Shown here one piece after another: positions 1-12,200 of a DNA stretch of 64,000 nucleotides (within the stretch, counting starts at the first letter, position 1; each line of letters opens with the position of its first letter). This stretch comes from Amoebophrya sp. A120. Taxonomy: Eukaryota > Protista > Dinoflagellata. The DNA is taken from positions 9,355,360-9,419,359 of the forward strand of contig CAJINV010000004.1 in assembly GCA_905178155.1 (NCBI GenBank). Direction: 5' to 3'. The translations under genes and the position numbers were made by a program. Under the pieces are notes generated by a model. That model saw only the letters and a list, made by a program, of their open reading frames with translations. It was not told where the DNA came from and ran no database searches.

Positions 1-128
1 TAAATTTGAATTATTCATGAAGTTGAACTATTCAATTTGAACTATTCGCGAAATTGAACTATTCAATTTGAACTATTCACGAAATTGAACTATTCAATTT
101 GAACTATTCACGAAATTGAACTATTCGT
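1..128. repeat. Tandem array of ~15/30-bp units (GAAATTGAACTATTCAATTTGAACTATTCAC-like), probably inside the partial introner at the window edge
   Basis: TGAACTATTC recurs about every 15 nt from 1 to ~128; there are no unique spacers. Confidence 0.9.
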
Positions 129-293
129 GAGTCTTGCGATAAAATTGTAGATATGACTATCAATTTATGCATTACAAATTTTTTTCTTAAGGTAAATCCG
201 CATGACAAATTTTATTTCTCATGCTGGGCTAATTTGTAACGCAATTTATACTAGAACTAGTGTAGTTCTAGTACGATACTTTTGCAGCTCATA
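1..293. mobile_element. Partial introner, family B; left end lies outside the window
   Basis: Right TIR ...CTAGTACGATACTTTTGCAGCTCATA ends at 293. Interior ~167-260 aligns by eye with element 6838-6987. Confidence 0.75.
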
Positions 294-3200
294 TAGTAGC
301 GGGGAAAACAACTCCGGTACAACGGGTAAGAATAAACTTCTTCAGCCGAAAAGTGCCGCTCAAATTTACCCAGATTCGCAAACCGATGAGATCGAAGAAT
401 CGTATCCGAAGCGCGCAGACCCGTCGGCTTTGGAGCCCGGGTCGGTAGGGTCGTCGGAGCAAGGAACGATGGCTGCGGAAGAACGGGAAGAAAAGAAGCG
501 GATGATAAACGAGGCCATGCAGTCGAAATTTGGTCGTGATTTCTACGACAGCGCAAAGTCGATGCAAACCACGAAGAAAGCGAAAGAGACCACGCACGAC
601 GATGTCAGGCCCTCCAGGGGAGAAGACGTGGACGAGGACATCAACATGACTATAGCACCTGGACTGGGAGGACCTCCCGCACCTCCGCTCTCGGCGGCAC
701 AGCAGGCGGAAGTGGAGAAAAGTCAGTACGCAAGTGCCACGAGCTTCGCGTCTGCGGAACAAGAGGACGCACTACAGCTAGCGGGGTCCTCCAAGTACGA
801 AGATGCGCTGGAGAACGACAACGCAGATCCCAGAACGAAGACACTAAAGTCAAAGAAGAAGAAAAAGGTCTGGGTTCCCTACGAGGACGCAAAGAGCGTC
901 GAGTCGTTCCGCGTGCGTAGGAACGAGGACATGGAGGGTGTCAGAACAAAACCGGCCATGACCAAGCAGGTCAGCAAGGAGAAAAAAACGCCACTCGAAG
1001 TCTCGCATCCTGAGCGACAGAAGTACGTACAGGCGCAGGAAGAGGAGAGGGAAAAGAGACGAGCCCGTCCGGTTTCGGAGAAGGAAAAACCGAAGAAAGG
1101 CAAAGAAAAGAAAAAAGACGCTGCACAAGAACTTGGTTCGTGGGATAAACAGTACGCAGACGCGCAGAGCAAGGTCTACGCGGAGGTGGCCCAAATGAGT
1201 CGGAAGCACGTAGAAGCGAAGGGGAGAGAACTGCGGGAAGAGAAGTCCGTGCCTGCTGTTGCGAAAAGTGGCATCAAAGCTGTCACTGACACTGCACAAA
1301 GCCAAAAATACGCGGATGCGCAGAGCAACAAGTACGACGAGCTGCAGAGTGTTCAACAGGAAGAGGACGCTCAGAGACGCACGAGACAAAGCAGCACCGG
1401 CGACTTGTATCAAGACGGAAAGGAAATAAAAAGCCGCGAAAATCGGAGGACGGAGTATGTAGATGCGCGAGAAAACGCGTCGGAGGAAGACGAGCAGAAC
1501 GTAGAAGATGCGGGGTCCTCTCCATCTGTTTCTGCGTCATCTCCCAGCAGTCCAGGGCCTGATCGACGCCAACGGAAGAGTAGTCACGAGGCAGCAAGGA
1601 AGCGCAAAAGCCGAGAGCCACCACGGAAAAGTAGTAAGGAGCCAGCACACCCCCGGAGAAAAAGCCGGGAACCACCAGTACTGCTACCACCAGAAATTGC
1701 TCCTGCTGGAGAACAGCACTCGTCTTCCAGTTCTTCTGAGGAAGAGGAAAACGAGGATGAACAAAACTTCTCCCCCTCCCAGGACCAGGAGCTGCACCAA
1801 ATTACGCAACAGGAGTTGCAGCTGGCGAAGCAGAATGAGGAATTGAAGAAGCAGTTAGCTCAAACACAGAAGGAGATGCAGGAAGATCTCGATCACCTGC
1901 AGAAAGCCCTCGCCGCGGAAGACAAAATCACGGAAAAAGAGCATCAAATGGAACTGGATGACGTGAAGGAATTGTCACAAAAAGCGTTGAAAACGGCGCA
2001 GCAGGCACAGAGGGAGTATGATAAAAGCATTGAAGTAGATGGTGCTGATCCAACATCGAAAATGAAGCAGGTTTTAAAACTCGGGAAAAACATTCTCATC
2101 GAGCACGCAGACGGCGCGGAAGTGACGCAGCTCGAAGACCAGTTTTACTTCCAGCAGCCAATCGGTTTTCAACATTTTCCGTTCGGTACGATGCAAGAAC
2201 TAGTACCTGGTGTTGGTGTTTCGTCGAAAAACAAAATGCTCTACAAGAACAGAGGAAGGCCGAGAGCACGAACAAGACCACCTGGTGGGAACTATCCTAA
2301 GCAGCAGCAGCGAAACATGCAGCAAGTAGATCTTCCGCCGATGATAAATTTCTCCTCCGCGTCTCACTCCCCTACTAGTCAGCGGCAGTTTATTTTCGGC
2401 GCTCCTGATAGTCGGCCAATGTCTTCCTCTGCTTCACCGGCGTCTTACAGCACAAGGGGCAGAGGACGGGGTAGAAATGCAGCTGGACAGCAGCAGCAGC
2501 AGGTCCTGCCACACGAGCAACATCCGATCCGGCACCACGCGACGCACTGGCACCACGGCCTTCGGGAAGACAACCGGTTACCCCACGAGCAAGAATACGA
2601 CGACGAGAAGCCAGCTTGGATACCGCCCGGCCCAGGCAAGAATCATGCTGTTTCAACATCTCCAAGGTCCTCGCCGGGTGCTGCTAGTAGCCCGAAGATG
2701 ATGAAAACGCGGAAAGGAAAACCGCCAGTAAAATCACCTCGTGGTGGTCCTGCCTTTCAAGACTCCGGTGTTGTGACACCGCGGAACGTCGGAAATCTGA
2801 TGTCGCCGTCCACCGGGTTTCTTCTCCCCGCGACGGTGGACATCTTCCACAACTTCGGTTCCCCGGGGAGATTCGTCTACAAGAACGGCAAGCCACATTT
2901 TTTGCAAACGAAAAAGCGGAGCTTCTCCGCTCCTGCGACTGGGAATGCGAAGAAGGTCGGCGAAGCGGGTCGCGGTCGTCCGAGGTCGCGGAGTGGTTCG
3001 CCGTCTCTACAACAACTTCCAGGACAAAACGAAGACCCACCGATGTTGAATCTGTCCGATTTCGAACAAGCGAAGGCTTTGCGGGGCCAACGGTTGCAAA
3101 CGCAAGGCAGCTTCCTGCCCTTTACACCCGGGAGTCGAAGTCCGCAGAAGTTGGGAACATCAACAACAGGACCACCACTTTTGACTCCTGGAGAGGTTGC

Positions 3201-6200
3201 GACCCCGATGCAGCACTCGCGTTCACGACAGCCGGTCTACTCCGGCGGTCGTGGTGTGCCCACTTTGTTCGATTTTTCGAGAAACTGGCATGGCAAGTTG
3301 GCGCAGCTGCACGTCCCCGGGATCGATTTCCACGCGGTGGCCCAAAATGCTCGAGGAGTGGTTGGACGAGATAAAAATCGACAAACTACAGCAACCCCGA
3401 GGTCCAGGTCCGCGTCGGTACAACTACCCGGCGTCTTGTCCAGTGTCGACAACCTTCGGGCGAAGAAAAAGCACAGACAGGACGCGTTTCGTGAACAACA
3501 AACTGAGCATCTGAACGCCTTGCGGGAGGTGCGGCTGCAGGCAAGGTAAGAATTCATGAGTACCTCGTCTTGATGAAAAATGTGCGTCTTCACTGGGATT
3601 GATTCGTGTCCTCGTTCGATTTTTAACTTTGAATTTCGTACCGGCGTCGGCAACAAAAATTGATTCAAACATTTTTCGACTCAAGTGAATTTTTCCATTC
3701 GCACGCAACAGGCGTCAAATAAAAACTACAGATCCGGCCACCTCTCGCAGGAGGGCGCCCGGTTTCTCACGCAGAAGCTGATGGCCAAGCACGACAAGGA
3801 AGTGATTCTGCTGCGCCGGGAGCTAGACGTGTTAGACACGAAGATAATCGAGCAGATGCAACCGAAAAAGCAGGTAGCTTTGTCCACCATGCTAGCGCAC
3901 GACGTGGATTTCTTACCGACCTCGGAGGAAAAATCTGCCCAGGTTCTGGCGGCGCTGCATCTCGGATTAGCGACCCAAGCGCAGGACTTTGATTGTGGTT
4001 TTGTGGACGTTCCGGAGAGTTTGGTGGTAGAGACAGCAGCTGCCGATATAATTGGTGCTGACGACGACAAAGACACTGGCGCAACAGGAACAGCCCAAAT
4101 CACCAACCGGAGAAACAATAAATCCACACTAGACGAGAAGCCCGTGATCATCGATTTAAGGAAACAGAGGGAGGAGCAGGAGAAGCTCGCGAAGATAAAA
4201 GAGGTCGAAAGGTTGGAGCAAGAACGGCTAGACAATTTGGAAAAAGAGAAAAAAATGCTGGAAGAGGAACAGGAATCCATCCGGAAGCAAGAAATGGAAA
4301 ACAAACGGTTGATGAACTTGATGCGCGACTTACCGGAGGAACATAAGGAACTCGTATTAGATTACTTGAATTCCAGGAAGAAACTGCAAAAGGCCCGAGA
4401 CGGGGTCGCGCACATCGTGCAGAATAAAGAAGCAAACCGGTTGTTTCAGGTTTTGTCTATGGTGAAAAAAGAGCAACGGAAATTAACCGAGGAATTCGAT
4501 CAAATCGCGCCGGTGGCGAATATGAACTGCAAATATGTCTGGGTCTGGAAGATTGCAACTTGTCATGCTAAATCTGAAGCATGCAAAAATCTGTGTTGCA
4601 TGAGTGCCAAGAGCTGTCCACTTTTGACCAAGTTGGGCCGGAGTTTCTCATGCAGAATAGGCATGGCAGAGACCTCGCAGAGTGTGTCATGCTAAGTCCC
4701 GCATTCCAGACCTCATGGGTCATGGAAAATCTGCATGACAAGTCTACACCCTTCCAGACCCAGACACTTTTGCACTTGATAGCGAAGGAAGTGGTGAGAC
4801 TGGCGTTAGCGCAGGACCGGTGGGAGGAGTTGCAGAATGACCCGGATACTGGTGAATTGATTGCAGATTTCGACAACCGGTTACAGCATAAAGCACAGGA
4901 GTTGGAGGAAGTGAAACAAATCTTAGACGAGCTTTACGAGCAGAACGAACTGGTCGAGAAGGAAACCTCCGTCGTGAAGCAGGAGCTCGCCGAGAAGGAA
5001 AAACAATTCGAGACGGAAACCGGAGCAGTGCAATTTGACCCGGTGACGCACCACTTGGAGATTCAGAAGTTGAAAGAGGCGCTAAAACCCTGGGCAAGTG
5101 AGATGCAGCGGTTGGAATCTGGCATTGCAGAAGCGAGCGGGGTCAAGGAAAGATTGGAGCTGGAGATGCTGTTGATAGTGAACCCAAACCCACCAACATC
5201 TCCGGGCGTGGCAGAAGATGATGGCGACGTAGGTGAACAAGAAGCCGACCCGATGCAAACCATCAATTACCAAATTGCCGAGGCGTTTCGAAACATGGTG
5301 GATGCGGGGAAACTCAGTCCTGAGGATTTGGAAAGCGCCCAGCGGAATGCGCAGTTTCTGTTGCAAGACAAGCAAGATCTGGAAAAGAGGATAGAAGTGG
5401 TTTCCGCGAAGAGGGAGGAACTAAGACAACAAATGCTGGAAATCGGTGTCACGGAGAAAACGTTTGCAAAGGGGATCGTAGCCTTGCAGTCCAGCGCAAA
5501 CGCGATGCGGCGGGCCCGGGAGGCGTTGGTGCAAAATGGGCTGCGGGCGGAGGACTATTTGCCGAAGAAAGAAGAGGCGGTCGAGAGTGGGGCGCATCAT
5601 CGTGATTCGGAAATGAAAGAGAAGGCACTGCGCGGTGAAACAGGCGTTGATGTCGATGCGGCGACAGGTGCGGGTGCGGAAGAGGCAGTCATCAAAGCAG
5701 GAGAACGTTCCTCAGGCGCAGCTGCAATCTCAAAAAGAGTTTCATCGAGAGCTGCCAGAAGGAGCATTTTCGTACCCAAGAACGCGGAACCGCTGCTGGT
5801 CCGTGGTACGTATCTCAAACCCGCGACCCGTGAGGACGCAAAACACAAAAATGCGGTCGCGGCACCCGGTACCGGTATTGCGGGCCGCGGTGATCCTGGC
5901 ACAGCAGAACAAATGACAACTTTCTACATCGAGCGCGAACCGCTTTTCGAAATCACAGGTCTTAGCGGACTGCACGGTCTTCTACCAAACAGCGGACCGC
6001 CCTGGAAGTACAAGGTGTGGGAGGTGGCGAAGGCCCCAGCCCGTGGTGAAACAGCGAAGTTCAAACCAGGAATTACTGTAGCTGGAGCTGCAAGAACCTC
6101 ACCGATTCGATCGCGATCTGTATCCCCCACAGCAGGTGCACCATCGTCCCCCGGTGCTGGCGGAGGAGCACGCGGGGGTACTAGATCCCCGCCAGGGAAA

Positions 6201-9200
6201 AATGTCATCGGCGCTAGCATTATGAAATGCAAAAGCATCGTACTAGTATAAATCGCATAACAAATTTCCTCAGCATGGGAAAGAAGATTTGTAATGCGGA
6301 TTTTACCTGAGAAAGAAATTTGTAATGCATGAATGCGATTAGTACGAGTACGATAGTTTTGCACAGGATAAGCATTTTCTACCCACCAAGAAGGAACAAG
6401 CAACATGAGATATCCTGAGTAAAAACGTACCCACACCAGAGTTGTAATGCAAATCTGCATGCTGAAAATGTTTCTCATGCGGAGCTCCATGAGAAGCATT
6501 TTCTAGTCGTGTTTTGCAATTTGTCATGCTCCAATCAGCATGGTCTGCTAGATCTGTGATGCTGCTGAGCTAGCTCAAACAGCACTACACTACGAATCCA
6601 AATTTGTCATGCAAAACGGCCAAAACTTGTGGATTTGTCTAGCCGATTCCCCATCTTGACTCTGGTGTGGGTACGTTTTTACTCAGGACATGAGAAGTTT
6701 GTGAGAAAGGATGAGCAATACCAACACGAAGAATCCGAACATTGGAGGGGACAGTTGCGCAATTCTCAAAATTCGAGCAAGCTTTTTTCTTCCGCGAAAA
6801 TGTTTTCCTCTTCCTCTCCGAAACCTTCCAGAGCGAATATCCTGTGCAAAAGTATCGTACTCGTAGTAATCGCAGTCATGCATTACAGATCTCCCTCTTA
6901 ATCTAAATCCGCATTACGAAATCCATTTTTCATGCTGATGGAATTTGTCATGCGATTTATACTAGTACGATGCTTTTGCATTGCATAGCGAAAACTGATA
7001 GCCAAGTCGAAGTGGTGCGGGGTTCGAGTTTGCGGCGCGATGAACAAGAAGAACGGCAAGGAGATGAAGGAGCCCGGCGATCTGCAACGGCTGCTGCAGC
7101 TGCTGCGAAGAAGCAGGTGAGTATCACCAGCAGTGAAAGACAAAGAAGGCTGATTAAAACCTCTGCTAACGAGGACATCACCGTCGACATTCCGCCACCG
7201 GAGGGCTGGGAGAAGATGCGAATGACAGTGTCTCCGCCAAGGGCTTTGCAAGTGAGCAGTGACACCAGCGAACGGGTGGAAATTGCCGGAGCAGCAGCTG
7301 CGCCGAAAAGCTCGTCGCAGCCAGTCGCTACACCCAAAGACTTCGGTCTAGAAGAGTCTTACCTTTCAGAAGACGGTTTCGGTTCGAATCTGACGCCGGA
7401 GGAAAAGAAAGAGAAACGGTTACTCGCCTCCGCCAAGCGTCACCTGCAGCGAAAGAAAACGCAGGACCCCGAGCGGTTCGGCGAGGTAGATATTCGGGAT
7501 GGCCCGAACGACAATTTTCCCGTGATCAAGCCCGCCCGGCCGCAGAGCGACAAGATCAAAGAGTTGCTTAGCAAGTTTGAAGCCAGCCCGGAAGGAGAGC
7601 AGTACGATATGAATGCCAGTCTTCGTGGCGACAGTCTTGGGAGCAGTCCTTCTGCAGTTCTAGCAGAGAAGCTACGCTCTTCTATGGGTGGTGGTGACAA
7701 AGACAAAGACAGCGCTGGCAGAGGGAAATCTCCTTCTTCGTTTCACAACTCAGTGCACAGGAAGTCCATTGAGGAGGTGATGGCGAAAACGGCGAAGCTG
7801 TCGCAGGACAGAGCGGCATCGCGGTCCTTATCACCCACACCGATTCTCGGACAGCATCACGCGTCTCAGGAAAAATGGCGAAGGTCAATCGACAGCGGCA
7901 AATGGAGGTCGCAGTCGTCGCAACAACAAAGTAGTTTTGGAGCACCAGGCTCTTTTGGGCAGTACAACTATCCTCGTAGTGTTGCGAGCGGTACAGGCTC
8001 AGAGGCGTACAAAAATAGTAGTCTCGATTTCCGCGGCAGCGGATCAGTACAAAGATCAAACAAAAGCAGCGGCAATTTCGAGGGCAGTAGGGCGGCGGAT
8101 TCCACAAGCAGTCTCGCAAAGCTTCCTGTCACGGATGCGGGGCACTACGTCAAGGAAGAGGCGGATAATTCAGCTGACGGCGTGCCGAAGTGGGTGCAAA
8201 AAGAGCGTGACGAGCACAGCGTCTTGCAGCGGAATCACGAGTCCATCGAGCGCTTGACGAGACAGAGCAGCAGAGAGCCCCGGGACAGTAGTACTACTAC
8301 GCCAGGGCTGCAAGGACAGAAACAGTCTCCAGCAGCGGAGGGTCCCGCTGTAGTTGCACAACCTTTGCCACCGGGGCCGGGGCGGTCGACCCCGCCACCC
8401 GTAAGCGGTCTCTCGGATCCGGAGAAGGAACAGTCTCAGTCGTTTGAACAAACAGGGTCGATCTCGATAGGTGGTGGTCCGCGTGCAGAAGGGTCAGCGA
8501 AGGCGTCGTCAGCTTCTTCCCCAGTCGTGCCCGAACAAAGTGGACACGACGATGTTCTTGATGAGGGAGAGAGCAGCGCGGTGTACCTAGAGCCGACGGA
8601 TTCCGATGTGCACCAGGAAGTTGAAACCGGTTCTGCAAAAACATCAGCTGGTGCTGCACCAGCAGGTGCTAGCACTGGCATTGCAAAATCCGCCCCAGAA
8701 GATGCGGCGCCAGCAGCACGGTCAGCCGATCTTGCTAAAACGGAAAGGGCAAAATCTCCGGAGGACGGCCACTACACATTAGATCAGACGGCGTCTTCAT
8801 CCTCCTCTTCGTCCGGCAGCGGGTCTAGCAGTAGTTCTTCGGGGAGCGATTCCGCGTCCAAATCTTCGTCGAATTTGAATAACAGGAAAGCTGGAGATCA
8901 TGAGAACAAACTGTACTATCCGAGCCCGGAGCACAGCTCCTCGGAGCCCACGGTGAGTAAAGTTTCGAGCCGTGTTGATGACACAGCACTTGGTGCACAT
9001 GGAGTCGACGTGAGGGCGGGAGAAAAAAATCCTGAAGCAGCCGCAATCGCCAGTTGTGAAGAAAGAAACGCCGCGCAGATAAAGCAGTCGAGGGACAAGA
9101 ACAATTTTTCGTTTTTCCCTGAAAACCCTCCGGAGGGAGGAGCAACTGATTCCCGACAGCAACGCAGTCCTGGTAAAAATGTTGCTGGTGAAAATGTTAG

Positions 9201-12200
9201 TAACCAGTCCTCTCGGTCACAGTCGTGGTTGAAGCGAGTCTTGAAGGGACCACCTGGAGGTACTAGTGTTAAAAGCCCCCGCGGCGGCCAGCTCCAGCAC
9301 GCACAGCAGGAGGGGGAGGCGATGGAGGTGGTTCCGCGACACCCGAATCCGATCCTGCAGCACCAGTACCACATTCCGCCGTACGCGATGCTCTTTCACG
9401 GCAAGATGCAAATGGCACGGCGTCAGGCGAAAAGGGAACAAGTCAAGTCACCCCTTTTGGTGGACACCACGAAGAATCTGGATGAAATGCATGAAAAAGC
9501 GACTGGAATGAAAATTCAAGAAACTTCTACCAGAGACGAGGACCAATCTCCCGGTTGGCGACAGCGGTTGGCAAATAAGTTCGATGGTAGGAAGCCGACT
9601 GAAGCAGACGCTGCTCGTCGCGCAGATCCAAATCACAAATACAGCATGACTGTTGCTAATCGGGAATTTGTTTTCGGAAAGGACGGGCACGGATTTAAGC
9701 CGAAGTCCCAAGACTCCGAGGGAGGTTCGGCAGGAGAAAGAAGAACACGGATCCCGCGGTCGCGCGTAGACCCGGAGGGGTTGAAGTCGCAGATAACCGA
9801 CGCAAGCAACAAAGCCAGCCGCTTGGAGGAAGAAGCAGAGGCAGACCCGATCGAGATCGAGCGCAGCGAGGAAGAAGCGGAAGGAGAAGACGAGGGTCAG
9901 AATGTGAAGTGGCAAAAAGACCGCAAGTCCGGGAAGTGGATACCCGCACTATCAAATGTAAAAATGTCTGGGTCTGGAAGATTGCAACTTGTCGCGCTGT
10001 TTTTGGATTCCACAAAAATTAGTATTGCATGACCAGCAAGTAGAGGGGTGCTCTGTGTGCTACACGGACAGGGCATTTCTCATGCGAAAGGTGCATTAGG
10101 AAGCCCTCTAAAAATATGCGATGCTAGGTCATGCATTAGAGGCATCATGGGTCATGAGAAATATGCATGACAAATCTTGCATTCTTCCAGACCCAGACAT
10201 TTTTGCATTTGATGCGCATTACCAGGTGACATCTTCCCGCAGGAAGACCTGGATTCCAACACGTTCGCAGACGGCTCGCAGCGCGAATTTCGAGGCTTCT
10301 CGCTGGGTTCCACCTCGCGGAACTCGAAGGAGGGAGTTGTTGTCACGTTGGCCAAGTCCGGCCCCGTGGGAAGTGTACATTTAGTGACGTCGGATACTAG
10401 TTTAGACCCAAGGAGGGACAGCCAGGGCGAAGTTGTAGCCGAAGGGACGACCGGAAAAAATGCTTCTTCGTCTCTCCGCGGTAGTGCGGCGGAACAAGCT
10501 GGACTTTTGCAGGACGTGATGCCTCAGAAAAACACCGCGATACGGTTCACGAACCAGTACAGCGAAAACGGTGACGATGGAATTGTAGACGAAGAAGACG
10601 AGGAAAACAATGAAAATTCCGCCCAAACTGCAATCGAGAATCAACTTGTTCCGGACACAAGCGCATTTGAAGATGAGAATCAAGACGACGATACCCCCGC
10701 AAACGCCCCGCGAGGGAGAACCAGCGCACTAGGAGACGAAGTAGTAAAACGCAGTTCCCGCTGGAAGGAAGCGAGCACAAAAAGACCCACAATTCCGGAC
10801 CCCGCGGCGGATGAGCTTCGTCGTGGCAGTGCCGCGGATAAAGATCGCCCTCCTGGTGCGCCAACGGGCGGTGACCGATTGAGCAACAGCAGGAAGTCTT
10901 CCGTTTCTGAGACGCGCAACTCAATGCGCCGGGAAGAGATCAAGCAGGGCATCCAGAACGTGCTCCGCGCCAGCTCGAAGGGGGGCGACGCGAAAGCGTT
11001 GTTTCGGGATTTGCGATCCAGCTACATCTACAAGGGCGGTAACGATGTCGAGGAAAAGGTGATGAATTCGGAATACGAGTTTCAGCCAGAAGACGAAGCG
11101 AGCCAACAGAGCGGAGGTGCATCAAGTAACGGTCTACTTGAGAACCGTACAACTATGCAACCCGCCAGTGGAAAAAGCAAAGTGAAGTCGAAAGGTCTGT
11201 CTCCTGAATCTTCTTCCGCGCAGGAGTTCGCTTCTCACCCGCCGGTCGTGATCCGTGCGACCCGAGCGTCTTCTCTTCGCGACAACTTCCTCTCCTCCGA
11301 ACTCGAAACCAGACCGGACAGCGTGAAAACTTCCCTTCACGAAGAACATTTCCACTGGTTCGTGGGGAATCAGGAACGGAAAAAACAAAAGTCGCCCTAC
11401 GCGTATCATTATGCATTGCAAAAGTATCGTACTAGTGGTAGTATGAATTGCGTCACAAATTCTACATCTACTCTCAAGTACAAAAGTGCATTACAATTTG
11501 TCATGCTACTTCGGGTAGAAAGTTGGGCTTGGGTTTGTAATGTATGACTGCAATCATTACGTACAAGTATGGTATTTTTGCAGTGCATCTCCACCCCCAG
11601 ACGAAGAAGATGCACCAGTACGACGAGTTTTACCGGCATTATTCACAGAAAAAAACCCATCCACATCCAATTTGTCATGCAAAACCCGTATCAAATCATG
11701 TGTTTGTCATGCAAAAAACGGATGTGGATGAGTTTTTTTCTGTGCATACTCATAGTGGCGGTCACATCCTCCACCAGGAAGCGGGGTATTATTACCACAA
11801 GAACGTGGGCGATTCTGGGGTGCTTTTTTCCCCTCGGCGCGGGAGGTCGCCACCGCTATCAAATGTAGAAATGTCTGGGTCTGGAAACTTGTGATGCTGG
11901 GTGGCGTCTCATGATGAGGCCACAAATGCTGGCTCAACATGACAAGTTTCTGAGCTTCTAGGTGTTGCCTATTCTGCATGGCAAACTGCGTTTCTGCATC
12001 ACAGAAAAATGGAGTTCTTGGGTAACGTGCATGACAGGTTTGAGAGTCATGCCAGACAAGCATGACAAACATGCATTCTTCCACCAGACCCAGACATTTT
12101 TGCATTTGATAACCGCCGAAAAGCGACAACTCGGTTCTGAGTAAGGACAACTGGTCTCGGGCGCACGAAACCTTCTACGACGGGGGAAAGGAGCATCAGA

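Noticed and set aside
1-128. CRISPR-like array
   Set aside because: Repeats abut without unique spacers, the context is eukaryotic, and there are no cas genes.
6411-6690. Inverted repeats as terminators or REP-like elements
   Set aside because: The arms are 100-300 nt apart, flanked by 5-bp DRs and inside coding sequence.
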